A stretch of 64,000 bases of DNA from Minisyncoccia bacterium (GTDB lineage: Bacteria > Patescibacteriota > Minisyncoccia > Phycocordibacterales > UBA918): contig CAXRCZ010000007.1 in assembly GCA_964229335.1 (NCBI GenBank), positions 62,717-126,716 of the forward strand, written 5' to 3'. A model generated the notes under the pieces. It had not been told where the DNA came from. It saw nothing but the letters and a program-made list of their open reading frames with translations, and did no database searches. The position numbers were made by a program, and so were the translations under genes. Of this stretch, positions 63,160-64,000 are shown piece after piece (position 1 is the first letter of the stretch; every line of letters begins with the position of its first letter).

Positions 63160-63359
63160 TGCGTCAGGAGGGATTGATCCCACAGTTTCTAATTCGTTAC
63201 ACTCACAAGAACTGCTGGACGCAGCTCGCCAATTTTCTCACTAGGACAGGCGAGAAAATTATGGCTCCGCTGGTTCAAATCCCATGAAATGTGCGCAGAC
63301 ACATTTCTTCTCACTACATAAACAAAAATAGCACCAAAAGGTGCTTGTTTTTGTGCTTG
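63160..63359 (-). repeat. tRNA-3'-associated element (Tyr copy)
   Basis: Direct copy tgcgtcaggagggatt (63160-63175) 200 bp from the tRNA end; inverted ggttcaaatccc (63272-63283); core shared with Cys copy. Confidence 0.9.
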
Positions 63360-63442
63360 TGCGCCGGGAGGGATTTGAACCCCCGTAGGAATACTCCGTC
63401 AGATTTACAGTCTGATGCAATTGACCACTCTGCCACCGACGC
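63360..63442 (-). tRNA. tRNA-Tyr(GTA)
   Basis: tcaga-ctGTAaa-tctga, variable arm. Confidence 0.95.
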
Positions 63443-63445
63443 AAA

Positions 63446-63603
63446 AATAATCGTCATGAGGACAATTAATTTTGCACGGTAGCTCCATGGTCAATTTCAT
63501 TGTCCTCCTATTGCCTCATAAATATCGGCAATTCTGTCGCAAGCGACAGACCAGAGAAAATATAAAGCAGTTTATATTTTCTCTGGTCTGTCACCGACGC
63601 AAA
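63446..63603 (-). repeat. tRNA-Tyr 5'-side element
   Basis: 63587-63603 matches 63429-63445 (16/17); 22-bp perfect stem 63545-63592; inverted D-arm copy tggtcaatt near 63488. Confidence 0.7.
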
Positions 63604-63684
63604 TAAATACAAGACTCGTAATCGAGTGGGATAAAAATAACATACCAAACCAATTTCGCAAAGCACGCGTGCTATGATTTTGGT

Positions 63685-64000
63685 ATGAAATACAAGGGCT
63701 TTCAATATATTCTAATCTTCAGCTTCGCATCTTTTCTCCTCCTTAATCCAGCTCCTGCCATAGCGCAAGGTTCTGGATTCTTTGTTTGTGAAGGCACCAC
63801 CTGCTCCGCCTGTAACTTCGTCCAACTCGCTAATCTCCTCATCGATTGGCTCATCGGTATCATAACGCTACTCTTTGCAGTTCTAATGGTGGTGGCGGGT
63901 TTCCGTCTCGTCACCTCTGGCGGCAATCCAAGTGCTAAAGAAGCGGCTAAAAAAAGCTTCACTAATGCCATCATCGGCTTTATCATCGTTCTGGCTGCCT
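63685..64000 (+). CDS. VirB2/TrbC-like pilin, partial (runs off window)
   Basis: Own translation MKYKGFQY...CEGTTCSAC...AGFRLVTSGGNPSAKEAAKKSFTNAIIGF; not listed in the ORF track. Confidence 0.85.
   Translation, partial: MKYKGFQYILIFSFASFLLLNPAPAIAQGSGFFVCEGTTCSACNFVQLANLLIDWLIGIITLLFAVLMVVAGFRLVTSGGNPSAKEAAKKSFTNAIIGFIIVLAA

Noticed and set aside
63702-63986. Minus-strand 94-aa ORF
   Set aside because: Shadow of the plus-strand pilin starting at 63685.

Overview
64 kb of a small-genome bacterium. The gene content, the cluster of VirB2/TrbC-like pilins and the largely SD-less core genes suggest Patescibacteria/Parcubacteria (CPR); this assignment is an inference. The window holds housekeeping genes (typA, lepA, murJ, valS, tsaD, ftsZ, ftsA, ybeY, rpsU, lepB, pth, rpsA, gyrA, trhO, rbfA, infB, clpB), RNase P RNA and 10 distinct tRNA genes, interspersed with small accessory genes. 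Four features stand out. (1) Positions 1-1284 are a perfect loop-less palindrome with its apex at 642/643; this is either a hairpin telomere or a fold-back artefact. (2) A family of ~140-240 bp structured intergenic elements sits beside tRNA-Gln, -Phe, -Arg, -Lys, -Cys, -Tyr and the 3' end of ftsZ. Each has a shared core bracketed by an inverted and a direct copy of its own locus's target sequence. (3) A cassette-like array downstream of tRNA-Gln is delimited by 30-bp att-like repeats. (4) A 60-nt hairpin motif with covarying stems occurs three times. No transposase, integrase, protelomerase or CRISPR array was recognised in the window.
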